From: Fidelibacterota bacterium
GTDB lineage: Bacteria; Fidelibacterota; Marinisomatia; Marinisomatales; Marinisomataceae
Length of the DNA: 54,458 bases
Assembly (NCBI GenBank): GCA_029253045.1
Contig: JAQXAG010000093.1
Span: forward strand, 1-54,458
Reading direction: 5' to 3'
The position numbers and the translations under genes are program-made. The notes under the pieces were generated by a model that was not told the DNA's origin, searched no databases, and worked only from the letters and a program-made list of their open reading frames with translations. The first letter of the stretch is position 1. Each line of letters starts with the position of its first letter. Shown here in pieces: positions 36,457 to 46,487 of the stretch.

Positions 36457-38055
36457 TTGATTAAATTAAAAAATTTTACACTTTGGCATTTTCTTGTACT
36501 AATGATTACTAGTGTTTTTTTGATACCAATACTCTTTATTATTAGTAGCGTTTTTTTAGGATTTTCTGATAACTTTTATCACCTCTACGAAAATCTATTA
36601 CTTGAATACTCTCTAAATTCAATTTATTTAGTTGCAGGAGTATCTCTTCTTGTGACAATATTAGGAGTTTCGACAGCTTGGTTGGTTACTTTTTTTAATT
36701 TTTATGGAAAAAGATTTTTTCAATGGGCGCTTATCCTGCCACTAGCTGTACCTCCATATTTATTAGCTTATGTGTTTACTGAATTTTTTGATTTTTCCGG
36801 TACAGCAAACAATATATTAAGAGATTTGTTCACCACTCAATCTGATGTTATTTTTTTTCCTAATATAAGAACAATCATTGGAGCGATTATAGTATTTGGT
36901 TTCACTCTTTATCCATATGTATATATGGTTTCAAGAGTTGCTTTTATGAATATTCCCGCTTCTGTTATCGAAGCTTCGTCGCTGTTAGGAAAAAACTCTA
37001 TTTCTACATTTTTTAGCCTTTCTATCCCTTTAATTAGACCAGCAATAATTGCTGGAGTTGCCTTAGTTGCTATGGAAACTCTTGCAGATTTTGGTGCAGT
37101 TCAACACTTCGCAATACCAACATTTACAACAGGTATTTTTAGAACTTGGACAGGTCTTTATGATCTCAATACAGCATTACAACTATCAACGATGTTGCTA
37201 TTAGTTATTTTCATATTCTTATCCGTAGAAAGAGCCAGCAGAAGCAAAATAAGATATGTTAATTCAGTGACTACAAGTAACTCTTATAAGCCAATTCAAT
37301 TAATGAGGTTTAAAAGTGCGGCTGCTTTCTTTGTCTGCTTTATACCAGTTTTCATAGGTTTTTTTCTACCTGTTCTTGAGCTAATTAATTGGTCCAGCCA
37401 AGTAGATACTCTTGTTTCGACAAAGATATTTCTTGCTGCATCTAATACTTTATATATTTCTTTATCTGCCGCTGTATTAACATGCTTTATAGCATTACTT
37501 ATTAACTTTGTCGTTAGAACTTTTGGCATTTCTCAATTACTAAATGACTTGCTTTCACTAGGCTATGCTGTACCGGGACTAATACTGGCTGTGGGAATTA
37601 CTAAAATGTTTACTAGCGTTGATGCGTGGTTGATTAATTATGGTACTTTCATTACGGGTAGCATCTTAGGCTTAATCCTTGCATACATCATAAAGTCATA
37701 TGCCATATCTAATATAGTATTAAATTCGGCCTTGAACTCAATACCTATAGCACTTGATGAATCAGCTCAAACTTTAGGGGCAAGTAAATTAAAGCTTCTA
37801 AGAGATATCCATATCCCTATCTTAAAAACAGGGCTACTTACTGCTTTTTTGTTAGTCATAGCCGAATTAATTAAAGAATTACCTGCGACACTAATCTTGA
37901 GACCATTTAATTTTGATACATTATCGGTTTCTGTCTATCTATTAGCATCTGAAGAAAGGATGTTTGAAGCTGCTTTCCCCGGTTTAGTAATTATTTTTTT
38001 CGGTTTAATTCCTATTTATTTTTTAAATAAGCTAATTTTGAGTAACAATAAGTAG
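36457..38055 (+). CDS. Fe(3+) ABC transporter permease (duplicated two-module FbpB type)
   Basis: 532 aa with about 12 TM segments and two EAA-like loops (IEASSLLGKNSISTFFSLSIPLIRPA; DESAQTLGASKLKLLRDIHIPILK). It uses a TTG start; the first ATG is at 36502. Confidence 0.85.
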   Translation: MIKLKNFTLWHFLVLMITSVFLIPILFIISSVFLGFSDNFYHLYENLLLEYSLNSIYLVAGVSLLVTILGVSTAWLVTFFNFYGKRFFQWALILPLAVPPYLLAYVFTEFFDFSGTANNILRDLFTTQSDVIFFPNIRTIIGAIIVFGFTLYPYVYMVSRVAFMNIPASVIEASSLLGKNSISTFFSLSIPLIRPAIIAGVALVAMETLADFGAVQHFAIPTFTTGIFRTWTGLYDLNTALQLSTMLLLVIFIFLSVERASRSKIRYVNSVTTSNSYKPIQLMRFKSAAAFFVCFIPVFIGFFLPVLELINWSSQVDTLVSTKIFLAASNTLYISLSAAVLTCFIALLINFVVRTFGISQLLNDLLSLGYAVPGLILAVGITKMFTSVDAWLINYGTFITGSILGLILAYIIKSYAISNIVLNSALNSIPIALDESAQTLGASKLKLLRDIHIPILKTGLLTAFLLVIAELIKELPATLILRPFNFDTLSVSVYLLASEERMFEAAFPGLVIIFFGLIPIYFLNKLILSNNK

Positions 38056-38056
38056 A

Positions 38057-38707
38057 ATGAAAGAATTTTTAAAAGTTAAAAATATAAACCTATCTTTTGA
38101 TAGCAAGGAAATATTAAAAGGTTTAAATCTCATAATTGATGAGGGTAATTTTGTTGCTATAACAGGCGCGTCTGGATCAGGTAAAACAAGTCTTTTGCGA
38201 GTCATTTGTGGGTTAGAATCACCAAGTCAAGGTGAAATAATATTGGACAATTCTCTCCTGTTTAGTAGAGAAATCTCCGTTCCTACAGAAAAAAGAAATA
38301 TTGGTTTAGTGATTCAAGAAAAAGTTCTTTTTCCTCATTTAAGTGCAATACAAAATATTGAGTTTGGAATATCTAGTAAAAAGGATAAACAAAACTTAAG
38401 TGGCGAAATAATGGAGAGACTGAACATTACACAATTAGCTGAGATGTATCCTCACGAATTATCGGGAGGAGAATCTCAAAGAGTTGCTTTAGCCAGAAGT
38501 GTTGTGATGAGGCCAAAGCTATTGATGTTAGATGAACCATTCACTGGATTAGATAAAGACCTAAAACAAAAAATATATCCAGAAATAAAATCAATTCTTC
38601 GTGCAAGTAAAATTACTGCTTTAATGGTTACTCATGACTTAAATGAAGTAAAGGCTCTAGCAGATAAATGCTTTAATCTTGAATCTGGTCAATTAACAGA
38701 ACTTTAG
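38057..38707 (+). CDS. ABC transporter ATP-binding protein, short form without a C-terminal regulatory domain
   Basis: 216 aa with Walker A GASGSGKTS, signature LSGGESQRVALAR and Walker B LLMLDEP. Confidence 0.85.
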   Translation: MKEFLKVKNINLSFDSKEILKGLNLIIDEGNFVAITGASGSGKTSLLRVICGLESPSQGEIILDNSLLFSREISVPTEKRNIGLVIQEKVLFPHLSAIQNIEFGISSKKDKQNLSGEIMERLNITQLAEMYPHELSGGESQRVALARSVVMRPKLLMLDEPFTGLDKDLKQKIYPEIKSILRASKITALMVTHDLNEVKALADKCFNLESGQLTEL

Positions 38708-38717
38708 TAATATCAAT

Positions 38718-39350
38718 TTAGATTTCAACTAACGCATCTTTTAATTCTGATAGAATCATAGCAGTGGCACCCCATGATGTGCAATTATTAAAATGAAAGC
38801 TTGGTACATCAACACTTAGCCCTTTAACCTTTACACTTTTTGTAGATAAGGTAGCATCATCTTGTAATTCATTAAGGCTAATATCATGAATTGATTCTAC
38901 TTCATTTTCATTAACTGTGGTACATGGCTTATCTTTGGAATACCAAACGTAGGGATGAATTAAAAATCCAGAAACTGGCGCATACAATGGTGTCAATTTA
39001 CCAATTAATTCTAGCGGGATATTGATTCCAATCTCTTCTTCACTTTCACGCAAGGAAGTATCTTTAAATGACTCCCCCTTATCCTGCGCTCCTCCAGGCA
39101 AAGAAATCTCGCCTTTATGATGATCTACATTTGATGTTCTTCTTGTTAAAAAAAATTTTAATTTTTGATCTTCTTGAAATAGAATAATAGCTACTGCTGC
39201 TAATTTTGCATTTGATGGTGGATAAAATGCTAGTCTTGTGACAGCATTGATTGACATAACAGCCATTTTTTTCTGACTTTCCCATCCAGGTAATTCTTTG
39301 AGAAGTCTTCCCTTTATTAATTTAATTTTTTTATCTAGTTTCAAATCCAT
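38718..39350 (-). CDS. NUDIX hydrolase, CoA pyrophosphatase type
   Basis: The Nudix box is GGAQDKGESFKDTSLRESEEEIGI. Upstream are LPGWESQKKMA and KLAAVAIIL. The start is taken at MDLKLDKK (39350); the track ORF extends to 39500. Confidence 0.75.
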   Translation of the reverse strand: MDLKLDKKIKLIKGRLLKELPGWESQKKMAVMSINAVTRLAFYPPSNAKLAAVAIILFQEDQKLKFFLTRRTSNVDHHKGEISLPGGAQDKGESFKDTSLRESEEEIGINIPLELIGKLTPLYAPVSGFLIHPYVWYSKDKPCTTVNENEVESIHDISLNELQDDATLSTKSVKVKGLSVDVPSFHFNNCTSWGATAMILSELKDALVEI

Positions 39351-39993
39351 GAAATATAAGCACATAATTTGGGATTGGAATGGAACTTTATTGAATGATA
39401 CTTCCTTATGTGCGCAAATTTTAAATGACTCATTAAGAAAGCGTGATATCCCTGAAATCACAGTTAAGCAATACAAGGAGAAATTTCTATTTCCGATCAA
39501 AACATTCTACGAATCGATAGGGTTTGATTTTGATAAAGAGCCTTTTGATAATTCTAACAATGAATTCAATACGGGCTTTGCAAATCAATTTAAATCATTG
39601 GCGCTACAGCCATTTGCAAAAGATATAATTATTAAATTTTCTGAACAAAAAATTATGCAAACTATACTCTCTGCTAGTCGTGACGACAGATTAAAAGAGC
39701 AGGTTAGTTTTTTTGATTTAACACAGCATCTACAACATGTTATTGGTACAACTAATTTATATGCACACGGAAAAGAATTTGAAGGAGAAGAATTACTTTT
39801 AACTTTAGATATTCCAGCAGAAGAAACAATTATTATTGGTGACACTTTGCTAGATTTTAATGTCGCTCAATATCTAAAGATTGATTGTGCTTTAGTATCG
39901 CACGGGCATAATGATATGAAACGATTAGATGAAACTGGAGCATTTACTTTTTCAGATATTCAGGAATTTTATAACTGGATTATAACAACTTAG
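39349..39993 (+). CDS. HAD-superfamily phosphatase (phosphoglycolate phosphatase-like)
   Basis: MKYKHIIWDWNGTLLND carries the DxDGT-type motif I variant. LSAS and GDTLLD motifs are present. The start is taken at ATG 39349; the track ORF begins at TTG 39298. Confidence 0.75.
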   Translation: MKYKHIIWDWNGTLLNDTSLCAQILNDSLRKRDIPEITVKQYKEKFLFPIKTFYESIGFDFDKEPFDNSNNEFNTGFANQFKSLALQPFAKDIIIKFSEQKIMQTILSASRDDRLKEQVSFFDLTQHLQHVIGTTNLYAHGKEFEGEELLLTLDIPAEETIIIGDTLLDFNVAQYLKIDCALVSHGHNDMKRLDETGAFTFSDIQEFYNWIITT

Positions 39994-40742
39994 GTTGTCA
40001 GTCCGCCATCTACTACAAACATTGATCCAGTAATAAAATCAGAAGCGTCAGAAGCCAAATACAGCGCCATGCCCGATATATCATCAGGCTCTCCCATTCT
40101 AGCTTGAGGGATAGCTTTTATAATTTCATTATATACTGATTGATCTTCCCATAAAGCTTTACTGAAATCTGTTTTGATTAAGCCTGGAGCTAAAGTATTA
40201 ACTTGCACATTTGATCCTGCCATCTCTTTAGCTAGCACCTTGGTTAACATTACTACTGCAGCCTTACTAATATTATAAACACCTAAGCCATCAAGTGGAG
40301 TCTTTGCTGCTATTGATGCTACATTAATAATCTTACCGTACTTATTATCTTCCATAGATTTACTGCAGGCTTTTATAAAATTGAAATACCCTTTTACATT
40401 GATATCCCAAATTTTTTCCCAATGGCTATCTTGTGAATTAAGAATTGGGCCATAATAAGGGTTCGCTGCTGCATTGTTAACTAATATATCCACCCTACCA
40501 AACTGCTCTATTGTTTTGTTCACAACATTATTGATTGATTTTATTTCACCGGTATTGCATTCAATGCCGATGATGTTAAATCCTGCTGTCTGAGCTTCTT
40601 CTATTGCACTATCTAAATTATCTTTTTTACGACTACAAATAACAACATTTGCACCAGCTTCTGCATACTTAAATGCAATTGCTTTACCAATGCCCTTGGA
40701 GCCCCCAGAAATAATTGCAGTCTTTTCTTTTAAACTAAACAA
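39990..40742 (-). CDS. Short-chain dehydrogenase/reductase (classical SDR)
   Basis: 250 aa with a TTG start directly abutting the upstream stop. It has ISGGSKGIGKAIA, NNAA and YNISKAA. Confidence 0.9.
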   Translation of the reverse strand: MFSLKEKTAIISGGSKGIGKAIAFKYAEAGANVVICSRKKDNLDSAIEEAQTAGFNIIGIECNTGEIKSINNVVNKTIEQFGRVDILVNNAAANPYYGPILNSQDSHWEKIWDINVKGYFNFIKACSKSMEDNKYGKIINVASIAAKTPLDGLGVYNISKAAVVMLTKVLAKEMAGSNVQVNTLAPGLIKTDFSKALWEDQSVYNEIIKAIPQARMGEPDDISGMALYLASDASDFITGSMFVVDGGLTT

Positions 40743-41591
40743 TTACTTCTTCTTTCTTCTTGCTGCCATTGCTTCCCACATAGAATCTGGCAATTTAGTC
40801 AAATCACTAAACTCTGCTGCACCTGCAAGCCACTCGCCACCATCAATTGTTACGACTTCACCGTTCACATAAGCAGATCCATCGCTCATTAAATATGATG
40901 CAAGATTTTCAAGTTCATGTCGTTCACCAAATCTTTTCATTGGTATTTTATTTTTCATATTATCTTCAAAATCATCAAAGCCTGGTGGCATTAAGCGGGA
41001 CCAAGCTCCTTCTGTTGGAAATGGACCTGGAGCGATTGCATTAAATCGAATATTATGCTTACCCCATTCTACAGCCAATGATCGAGTCATTGCTAACACA
41101 CCTGCTTTTGCTGCTGCAGATGGTACTACATAAGGCGAACCTGTCCATGCATATGTAGTAACAATACTTAACACATTACCTTTTTTATTCTTTATCATTT
41201 CTTTACCAACTGTGCTAATACAATTCCATGTTCCCATTAATACAATATCAATGACGGCCTTAAATGCGTTGGGACTCAACATTTCACTAGGCGAAATAAA
41301 GTTACCCGCTGCATTATTGAGCAGGTTATCAATTTTGCCGAACTTATCAATTGTTTGCTTAGTCATTAGCTCTACATCTTCTATTTTTCTTACATCACCT
41401 GGACATGTCAATACATTTATCCCTAGCTCTGAGAATTCCTGTGCAGTTTCATCTAAGACCTCTGCTCTTCTACCGCTAATTACAATATTTGCTCCTAACT
41501 CTCCAAATCTCCTGGACATACTTTTACCTAATCCAGTTCCTCCGCCAGTAACAATAATTGTTTGATCTTTTAATAAGCCATCTTGAAACAT
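40743..41591 (-). CDS. SDR family oxidoreductase, 2,4-dienoyl-CoA reductase-like
   Basis: 282 aa with VTGGGTGLGKSM, NNAAGNF, SAAKAG and IRFNAIAPGPF. Confidence 0.75.
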   Translation of the reverse strand: MFQDGLLKDQTIIVTGGGTGLGKSMSRRFGELGANIVISGRRAEVLDETAQEFSELGINVLTCPGDVRKIEDVELMTKQTIDKFGKIDNLLNNAAGNFISPSEMLSPNAFKAVIDIVLMGTWNCISTVGKEMIKNKKGNVLSIVTTYAWTGSPYVVPSAAAKAGVLAMTRSLAVEWGKHNIRFNAIAPGPFPTEGAWSRLMPPGFDDFEDNMKNKIPMKRFGERHELENLASYLMSDGSAYVNGEVVTIDGGEWLAGAAEFSDLTKLPDSMWEAMAARRKKK

Positions 41592-41606
41592 ATGAATTCC
41601 TTTGTT

Positions 41607-41912
41607 TTAATTATCTAAAATATCTGTTATTAAATCTGTTTTTTCTTTTAAGGGTTCTAAAATATTATCTTCAACAACGCTCTGAGCAGAATCTTGCAAC
41701 TCTTGAACTTGACTTGGAAGCTTGTCTAAGTCTGGCAGCTGTTGACCTGTAAGCACAATATAAACATAATAAATAATGAGTAACGTAATCCCCAATGTTA
41801 CCAGTTTAAATAAGCGCTTTATAACGCTAAACGTAATCATTGCCATTAAAACAATGGTTACAGCTAAGTATGCTGGATTACTAGAAATGCTATTTAACAG
41901 ATTCTCTAACAT
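41607..41912 (-). CDS. Small hypothetical membrane protein (2 TM) with an acidic C-terminus
   Basis: 101 aa with two clear hydrophobic helices, co-directional with the SDR pair. No family was recognised. Confidence 0.45.
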   Translation of the reverse strand: MLENLLNSISSNPAYLAVTIVLMAMITFSVIKRLFKLVTLGITLLIIYYVYIVLTGQQLPDLDKLPSQVQELQDSAQSVVEDNILEPLKEKTDLITDILDN

Positions 41913-41949
41913 TGTAGCAATTTATACATTAGATTTCTACTTTACAAAG

Positions 41950-44900
41950 ATGAAACAAAAATCCATAAGATTCGTTAAATATTGTATGATAAAAAAAGGA
42001 TTTGTTTTATTTTTTTTGTGCACTTCTTTGTTCAGTCAAGATAAGCTATTACTCAAACAAGCAGATATTCTCACGTCTTCTGCTATTGGAAACGAAACAA
42101 TCACCAGGTTGGATGGAAATATTATTTTTCAGAAAACAGATACTACTTTAAAAGGAAATTTTGCAACTCAATCTGATAAGAACTCTATAATAAACTTATA
42201 TGGAGATGTATCCGTTCAGCAGCCTGAGCAAATTATATACTGTGATTCTTTATCGTACAATAATGATACTGAATTTTTTGAAATGTTTGGAAACATTAAG
42301 ATTAAAAATGGCTCTCGTTTGATTAGTGCAGACAAAGCTACTTTGGACCAGATTTCAAATCAGATGACTTTGATCGATAATTGTGAAATCAATGAAGAGG
42401 ATAGAAATAGAGTATACGGGGATAAAATAATACTAGATTTTAAAGAGAAAACTCTTCACTCATTCAAAGTGTTATCAAATGGTATAATTTTCTCTAAAAA
42501 TTCAGGTTATGAAAAAATTGATGATTTGGAAAAAAATATAGAGAATGAAGATATTCTAAAAGCAGAAACTATTCTTGCTAACCTTGAAAATGATGAAATT
42601 CAAAATATAGAATTAATAGGAATGGCCTCCACCTTAATCCATCTTTATAATGATTCTCTTTATGATGGTATTAATGAAGTATCTGGTGATAAGATTACCA
42701 TGAATATTCATAATGAATCTGCAAAAAGATTAGTAGCTGAAGGCGGGACAATTGGCCGATATATACCAAATAAATCTAATAAAAATATTCAAGAAGAAAT
42801 TGATTATGTAGCGGATAGAGTAGAATTTGAAGTAGAAAAAAAGATATCTGAGATGTATGGTGTAGTAAAAATTATTCATGACAAAATGGACTTGTCTGCT
42901 GCGCACATTAATGTAGACTGGAGCACTAATGTTTTAGAAGCTTTTAGCGCTAATCCATTCAATAAAGAGGAAATCAACAGACCTATACTTATAGAAAATA
43001 ACCGTGAGCCAATGACCGGTGATACTATGGTATATAATATCAAATCTAGAAAAGGTAAAGTGTTGATGGGAGAAAGTCGTGTTCAAGAAAATGTATATAT
43101 GGGAAGTCAGATTACCAGTGTCACAGATAGTACTTTTTACATTGACGATTGTATCTTTACTTCATGCGATCCTTCAAAATTTTATCTTGGCAGTAAGCAA
43201 GTAAAGATTATTTATGGAGATAAAGTTATTGCGAAACCTCTTAGTATTTTTATTGGGGGCGTTCCGATAATTGGAGTACCAATTGCTATCTTTCCTCATT
43301 CCTCAACTGAAAGAAGGTCTGGATGGATTATGCCATCATTTGGATCATCCGAAAATCGTGGTAATTATCTTGATGGGCTAGGTTATTATTTTGCTCCAAA
43401 CGATTATATCGGATCTGAAAATTCTCTAATCTTTGCAGATAGACAAGGAATAATACTAAAATCAAAAAATCAATATCGTGATCGATATCGATTCAATGGA
43501 GGACTAAATTTTGAAGTTCGAAAACATTTAGGTTCTGGTGAAAGTGATATTGCGCAAATCGGCAAAAGCAATAAGACAGACTATTCCTTTAATTGGAATC
43601 ATAATCAAATATTAAGGAATGATCAAACTTTTAGGGGCTCTGCTAGCTATTATAGTAACGGGGAATACAATAGAGAAACAAGTATAGACCCAATTAAAAG
43701 ACTTAATCAGCAAGCAATTTCAAATGTGACTTATACAAAAAGATGGAAAGCACCTAACATTTCAATAAGTGTTAACGCTTCTAACAAACAAGATTTAATG
43801 TCTAAAAATAAAGTAGATGTTAGCTCATCTTTCTATCAATCTCCTACAAGCTTATCTTCTACTATAACTGAAAATACTAGTACATTACCGTCTATAAATT
43901 TTAGAGTTGCTAGAAGAAAATTATTTAAGAATATCCCCCAGGATTCATGGATTGGAAATATTCAGTGGGATTATAATTCTCGCTTAGTAAATAACTCTAA
44001 AAAATTTTATGAAGCAGAAGAAGCTGTTGATACTGATGGAAATATATCCTACGTATGGAAGCAGAATGATTCTGGCAATCCTGAAAGTTCAAACAAATTA
44101 GATGCGATGCTTAAGAATGCTTTTTCAATTAATGCTCCTTTTACTGCTTTTAAATATCTCGCAATTAACCCAAGTATTAAATTGAACTCAGATTTTGTAA
44201 ATCGTTATAGAGTAGCGGAGTATGATCAAACAGATTCAGTTAGCTTTAGATATGAAGATGATATTAAAAATAGGACTACAAGTAGCTTAGGATTATCATT
44301 GTCTACTAAAGTTTATGGTATCTTACCAATAAAGCTTAATAAAATTAAATCTATAAGGCATGTTATGACACCTAGTATTAGGTTTAATTTTTCTCCAGAC
44401 TATTTAAGTAATGATAGCTATTTCCAATCATTCAATGATGAATACTATGATTACTTTAGTAGCTCTATTATTGGATCAACTCCTACTACGAGCACTAAAA
44501 GACTCAGCTTATCTTTAAGTAATGTATTTCAAGCAAAAATAAAAGATGGAGAAAAGGAAGAGAAGGTAAATCTTTTTTCTTGGGGAATATCAAGTGGTTA
44601 TAATTTTAATGCAGATCAATTTAAAGCATCTAATATTAACTCATCAATTAGAAGCAATCTTAAAAATGGAGTTTCAATAGATGCCAACCTTACACATGAC
44701 TTATATAAGTTTGATGATTTGACACAATCTAGAATTAATGAGCTAGATAACTTTCCAAGATTAACCGGTATAAGATTAGCAACAAATTTTACTTTGAAAA
44801 GTAAAACTAGCGACAAGAAAGAGAACTCTGATAGAGAGTTTTCAGAGCGAACCAAAGAATTCTTAACTGATTTATCAAGTAATACTTGGCAGAGCAGAGT

Positions 44901-45219
44901 AGGTATTAGTTATACTGTGAATAAAATTAATCCATCGAATACTATTGAGAACTTTTGGGTGAACACTAATACTAGCGTTAATGTAACTGAAAATTGGAAA
45001 CTAAATTATAATGCTCGCTTTAGTATCAGTGACAAAGATCTTGTAAGACATAACATTACTCTTTATAGGGAAATAGATTGTTGGGAGCTATTTATGGATT
45101 GGACTCCTACAGGCTATGCAAAAGGACTTTATTTTAGACTAAATTTAAAATCTGATATACTAAAAGATTTAAAGGTTGAACAAAAAACAGGCTTATATAA
45201 TACTAGGTCAAGTTTTTAG
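41950..45219 (+). CDS. lptD: LptD/OstA-like outer-membrane LPS-assembly protein (large Bacteroidota-type form)
   Basis: The signal peptide ends ...SLFS|QDK. The N-terminus has an OstA-like beta-jellyroll (ITRLDGNIIFQK..., LYGDVSV..., MFGNIKIKNG) followed by a long beta-barrel-style region. The start is taken at ATG 41950 or 41986. The track ORF start at 41776 overlaps the divergent gene. Confidence 0.7.
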   Translation: MKQKSIRFVKYCMIKKGFVLFFLCTSLFSQDKLLLKQADILTSSAIGNETITRLDGNIIFQKTDTTLKGNFATQSDKNSIINLYGDVSVQQPEQIIYCDSLSYNNDTEFFEMFGNIKIKNGSRLISADKATLDQISNQMTLIDNCEINEEDRNRVYGDKIILDFKEKTLHSFKVLSNGIIFSKNSGYEKIDDLEKNIENEDILKAETILANLENDEIQNIELIGMASTLIHLYNDSLYDGINEVSGDKITMNIHNESAKRLVAEGGTIGRYIPNKSNKNIQEEIDYVADRVEFEVEKKISEMYGVVKIIHDKMDLSAAHINVDWSTNVLEAFSANPFNKEEINRPILIENNREPMTGDTMVYNIKSRKGKVLMGESRVQENVYMGSQITSVTDSTFYIDDCIFTSCDPSKFYLGSKQVKIIYGDKVIAKPLSIFIGGVPIIGVPIAIFPHSSTERRSGWIMPSFGSSENRGNYLDGLGYYFAPNDYIGSENSLIFADRQGIILKSKNQYRDRYRFNGGLNFEVRKHLGSGESDIAQIGKSNKTDYSFNWNHNQILRNDQTFRGSASYYSNGEYNRETSIDPIKRLNQQAISNVTYTKRWKAPNISISVNASNKQDLMSKNKVDVSSSFYQSPTSLSSTITENTSTLPSINFRVARRKLFKNIPQDSWIGNIQWDYNSRLVNNSKKFYEAEEAVDTDGNISYVWKQNDSGNPESSNKLDAMLKNAFSINAPFTAFKYLAINPSIKLNSDFVNRYRVAEYDQTDSVSFRYEDDIKNRTTSSLGLSLSTKVYGILPIKLNKIKSIRHVMTPSIRFNFSPDYLSNDSYFQSFNDEYYDYFSSSIIGSTPTTSTKRLSLSLSNVFQAKIKDGEKEEKVNLFSWGISSGYNFNADQFKASNINSSIRSNLKNGVSIDANLTHDLYKFDDLTQSRINELDNFPRLTGIRLATNFTLKSKTSDKKENSDREFSERTKEFLTDLSSNTWQSRVGISYTVNKINPSNTIENFWVNTNTSVNVTENWKLNYNARFSISDKDLVRHNITLYREIDCWELFMDWTPTGYAKGLYFRLNLKSDILKDLKVEQKTGLYNTRSSF

Positions 45220-45254
45220 GTGTTATTGCTTAAAAAAATTATTAATGTTGTTTT

Positions 45255-46487
45255 GTGAAATCTAAATATCAAAAAATTAAAGGTACATTTGATATTCTTC
45301 CTACCGATACGCGCTTGTGGAAAGAAATGGAGAATATTCTGCATAATATAAGTCAACAATTTAGTTATGAAGAAATTCGTACTCCTTCCATTGAATCAAT
45401 TGATTTATTCAAACAAAATGTTGGCTATGAAACTGATGTATCAAAAGAAATGTTTACATGGGAAGATCTTTCTAATCAACAAATAGCCTTAAAGCCAGAA
45501 ATGACTGCTCCAGTAGTGCGCGCCTATATTGAGGGTGGATTATATAGAAGCAATCCATTGTGCCGTTTATATTACATAGATTCTCTTTTTAGGAGAGAAA
45601 AACCACAGAAAGGTAGGCAGCGTCAATTTAATCAATTTGGTATAGAAGCTTTTGGTTCCTCGAATATAGAACAAGATGTAGAGGTAATTATGATAGCTGC
45701 AACCTGCCTAAAAACATTAAATATTAATGAAACTACTCTTCATGTAAATAATATTGGTTCCCCTGAAACAAGAACGCAGTATGAAGGGTTACTAAAAAAA
45801 TACTTTACTCAAAATATTGGCGTTTTATCGAGCTTGTCTAAAAAGAGACTAGAAACTAATCCTATTCGTATTCTAGATAGCAAAGAACAAGAAGATCAGT
45901 CAATTATTAAAAATGCTCCTATTATTAAAGAACTACTAACAGATTCAGAAAAAGAAGATTTTAATATGCTACTTTCAAATCTAGATACGCTCAATATTAA
46001 ATATGAAGAAAGCCCTTATCTAGTGCGTGGATTAGATTACTACAACGGAACTACTTTTGAAATCACAACTCGAAGCAATAAGTCGCAAAATGCTTTATGT
46101 GGGGGCGGGCGATATGATTTCTTAGTAGAGCAAATGGGTGGACCATCAACACCTGCTATTGGATTTGCAGCAGGAATGGAGCGAATGATTATTGAATCAC
46201 AATATCAAGTTGAAAAAAATAGTATTGATATTTATATCAGCTCAAATGATTTAAATCATAGTAGAAAGTGCTTTACTGTTATGCAAAACTTGATAAATAA
46301 TAATTATACAGTATTTTTTGATACAAATAAAAAAAATGTTAAAAATCAAATGAAGGATGCTACTAAAAGAAATGCGTCTTACTTACTAATAATCGATAAA
46401 AAAATCACTGTAAAAAATATAAAATCAAACGACGAGATTGCCGTTTCCGACTTTCACGAATTACTCAATTTTTTAAAAAACCAATAA
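45255..46487 (+). CDS. hisS: Histidine--tRNA ligase
   Basis: 410 aa with a GTG start. It has GTFDILP, YYIDSLFRREKPQKGRQRQFNQFG, RGLDYYNGTTFE and GGGRYD. Confidence 0.95.
   Translation: MKSKYQKIKGTFDILPTDTRLWKEMENILHNISQQFSYEEIRTPSIESIDLFKQNVGYETDVSKEMFTWEDLSNQQIALKPEMTAPVVRAYIEGGLYRSNPLCRLYYIDSLFRREKPQKGRQRQFNQFGIEAFGSSNIEQDVEVIMIAATCLKTLNINETTLHVNNIGSPETRTQYEGLLKKYFTQNIGVLSSLSKKRLETNPIRILDSKEQEDQSIIKNAPIIKELLTDSEKEDFNMLLSNLDTLNIKYEESPYLVRGLDYYNGTTFEITTRSNKSQNALCGGGRYDFLVEQMGGPSTPAIGFAAGMERMIIESQYQVEKNSIDIYISSNDLNHSRKCFTVMQNLINNNYTVFFDTNKKNVKNQMKDATKRNASYLLIIDKKITVKNIKSNDEIAVSDFHELLNFLKNQ

Noticed and set aside
39351-39500. The NUDIX ORF carries a 50-aa N-terminal extension (to 39500), and the HAD ORF has a TTG-initiated extension (39298-39348).
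   Set aside because: The extensions are mutually antisense and have no family-like sequence. The internal Met starts give N-termini matching the respective families.
40690-41752. Four plus-strand ORFs (40690-40872, 40847-41044, 41212-41565 and 41558-41752) overlap the two SDR genes; the last also overlaps the small membrane-protein gene (41607-41912).
   Set aside because: They are antisense to genes with canonical SDR motifs. Their translations are Leu/Ser/Ile-rich with no recognisable domain.
41776-41949. A 58-aa N-terminal extension of the LptD-like ORF appears in the track.
   Set aside because: It overlaps the divergent 41607-41912 membrane-protein gene. A signal peptide only appears after the internal ATGs at 41950 and 41986.
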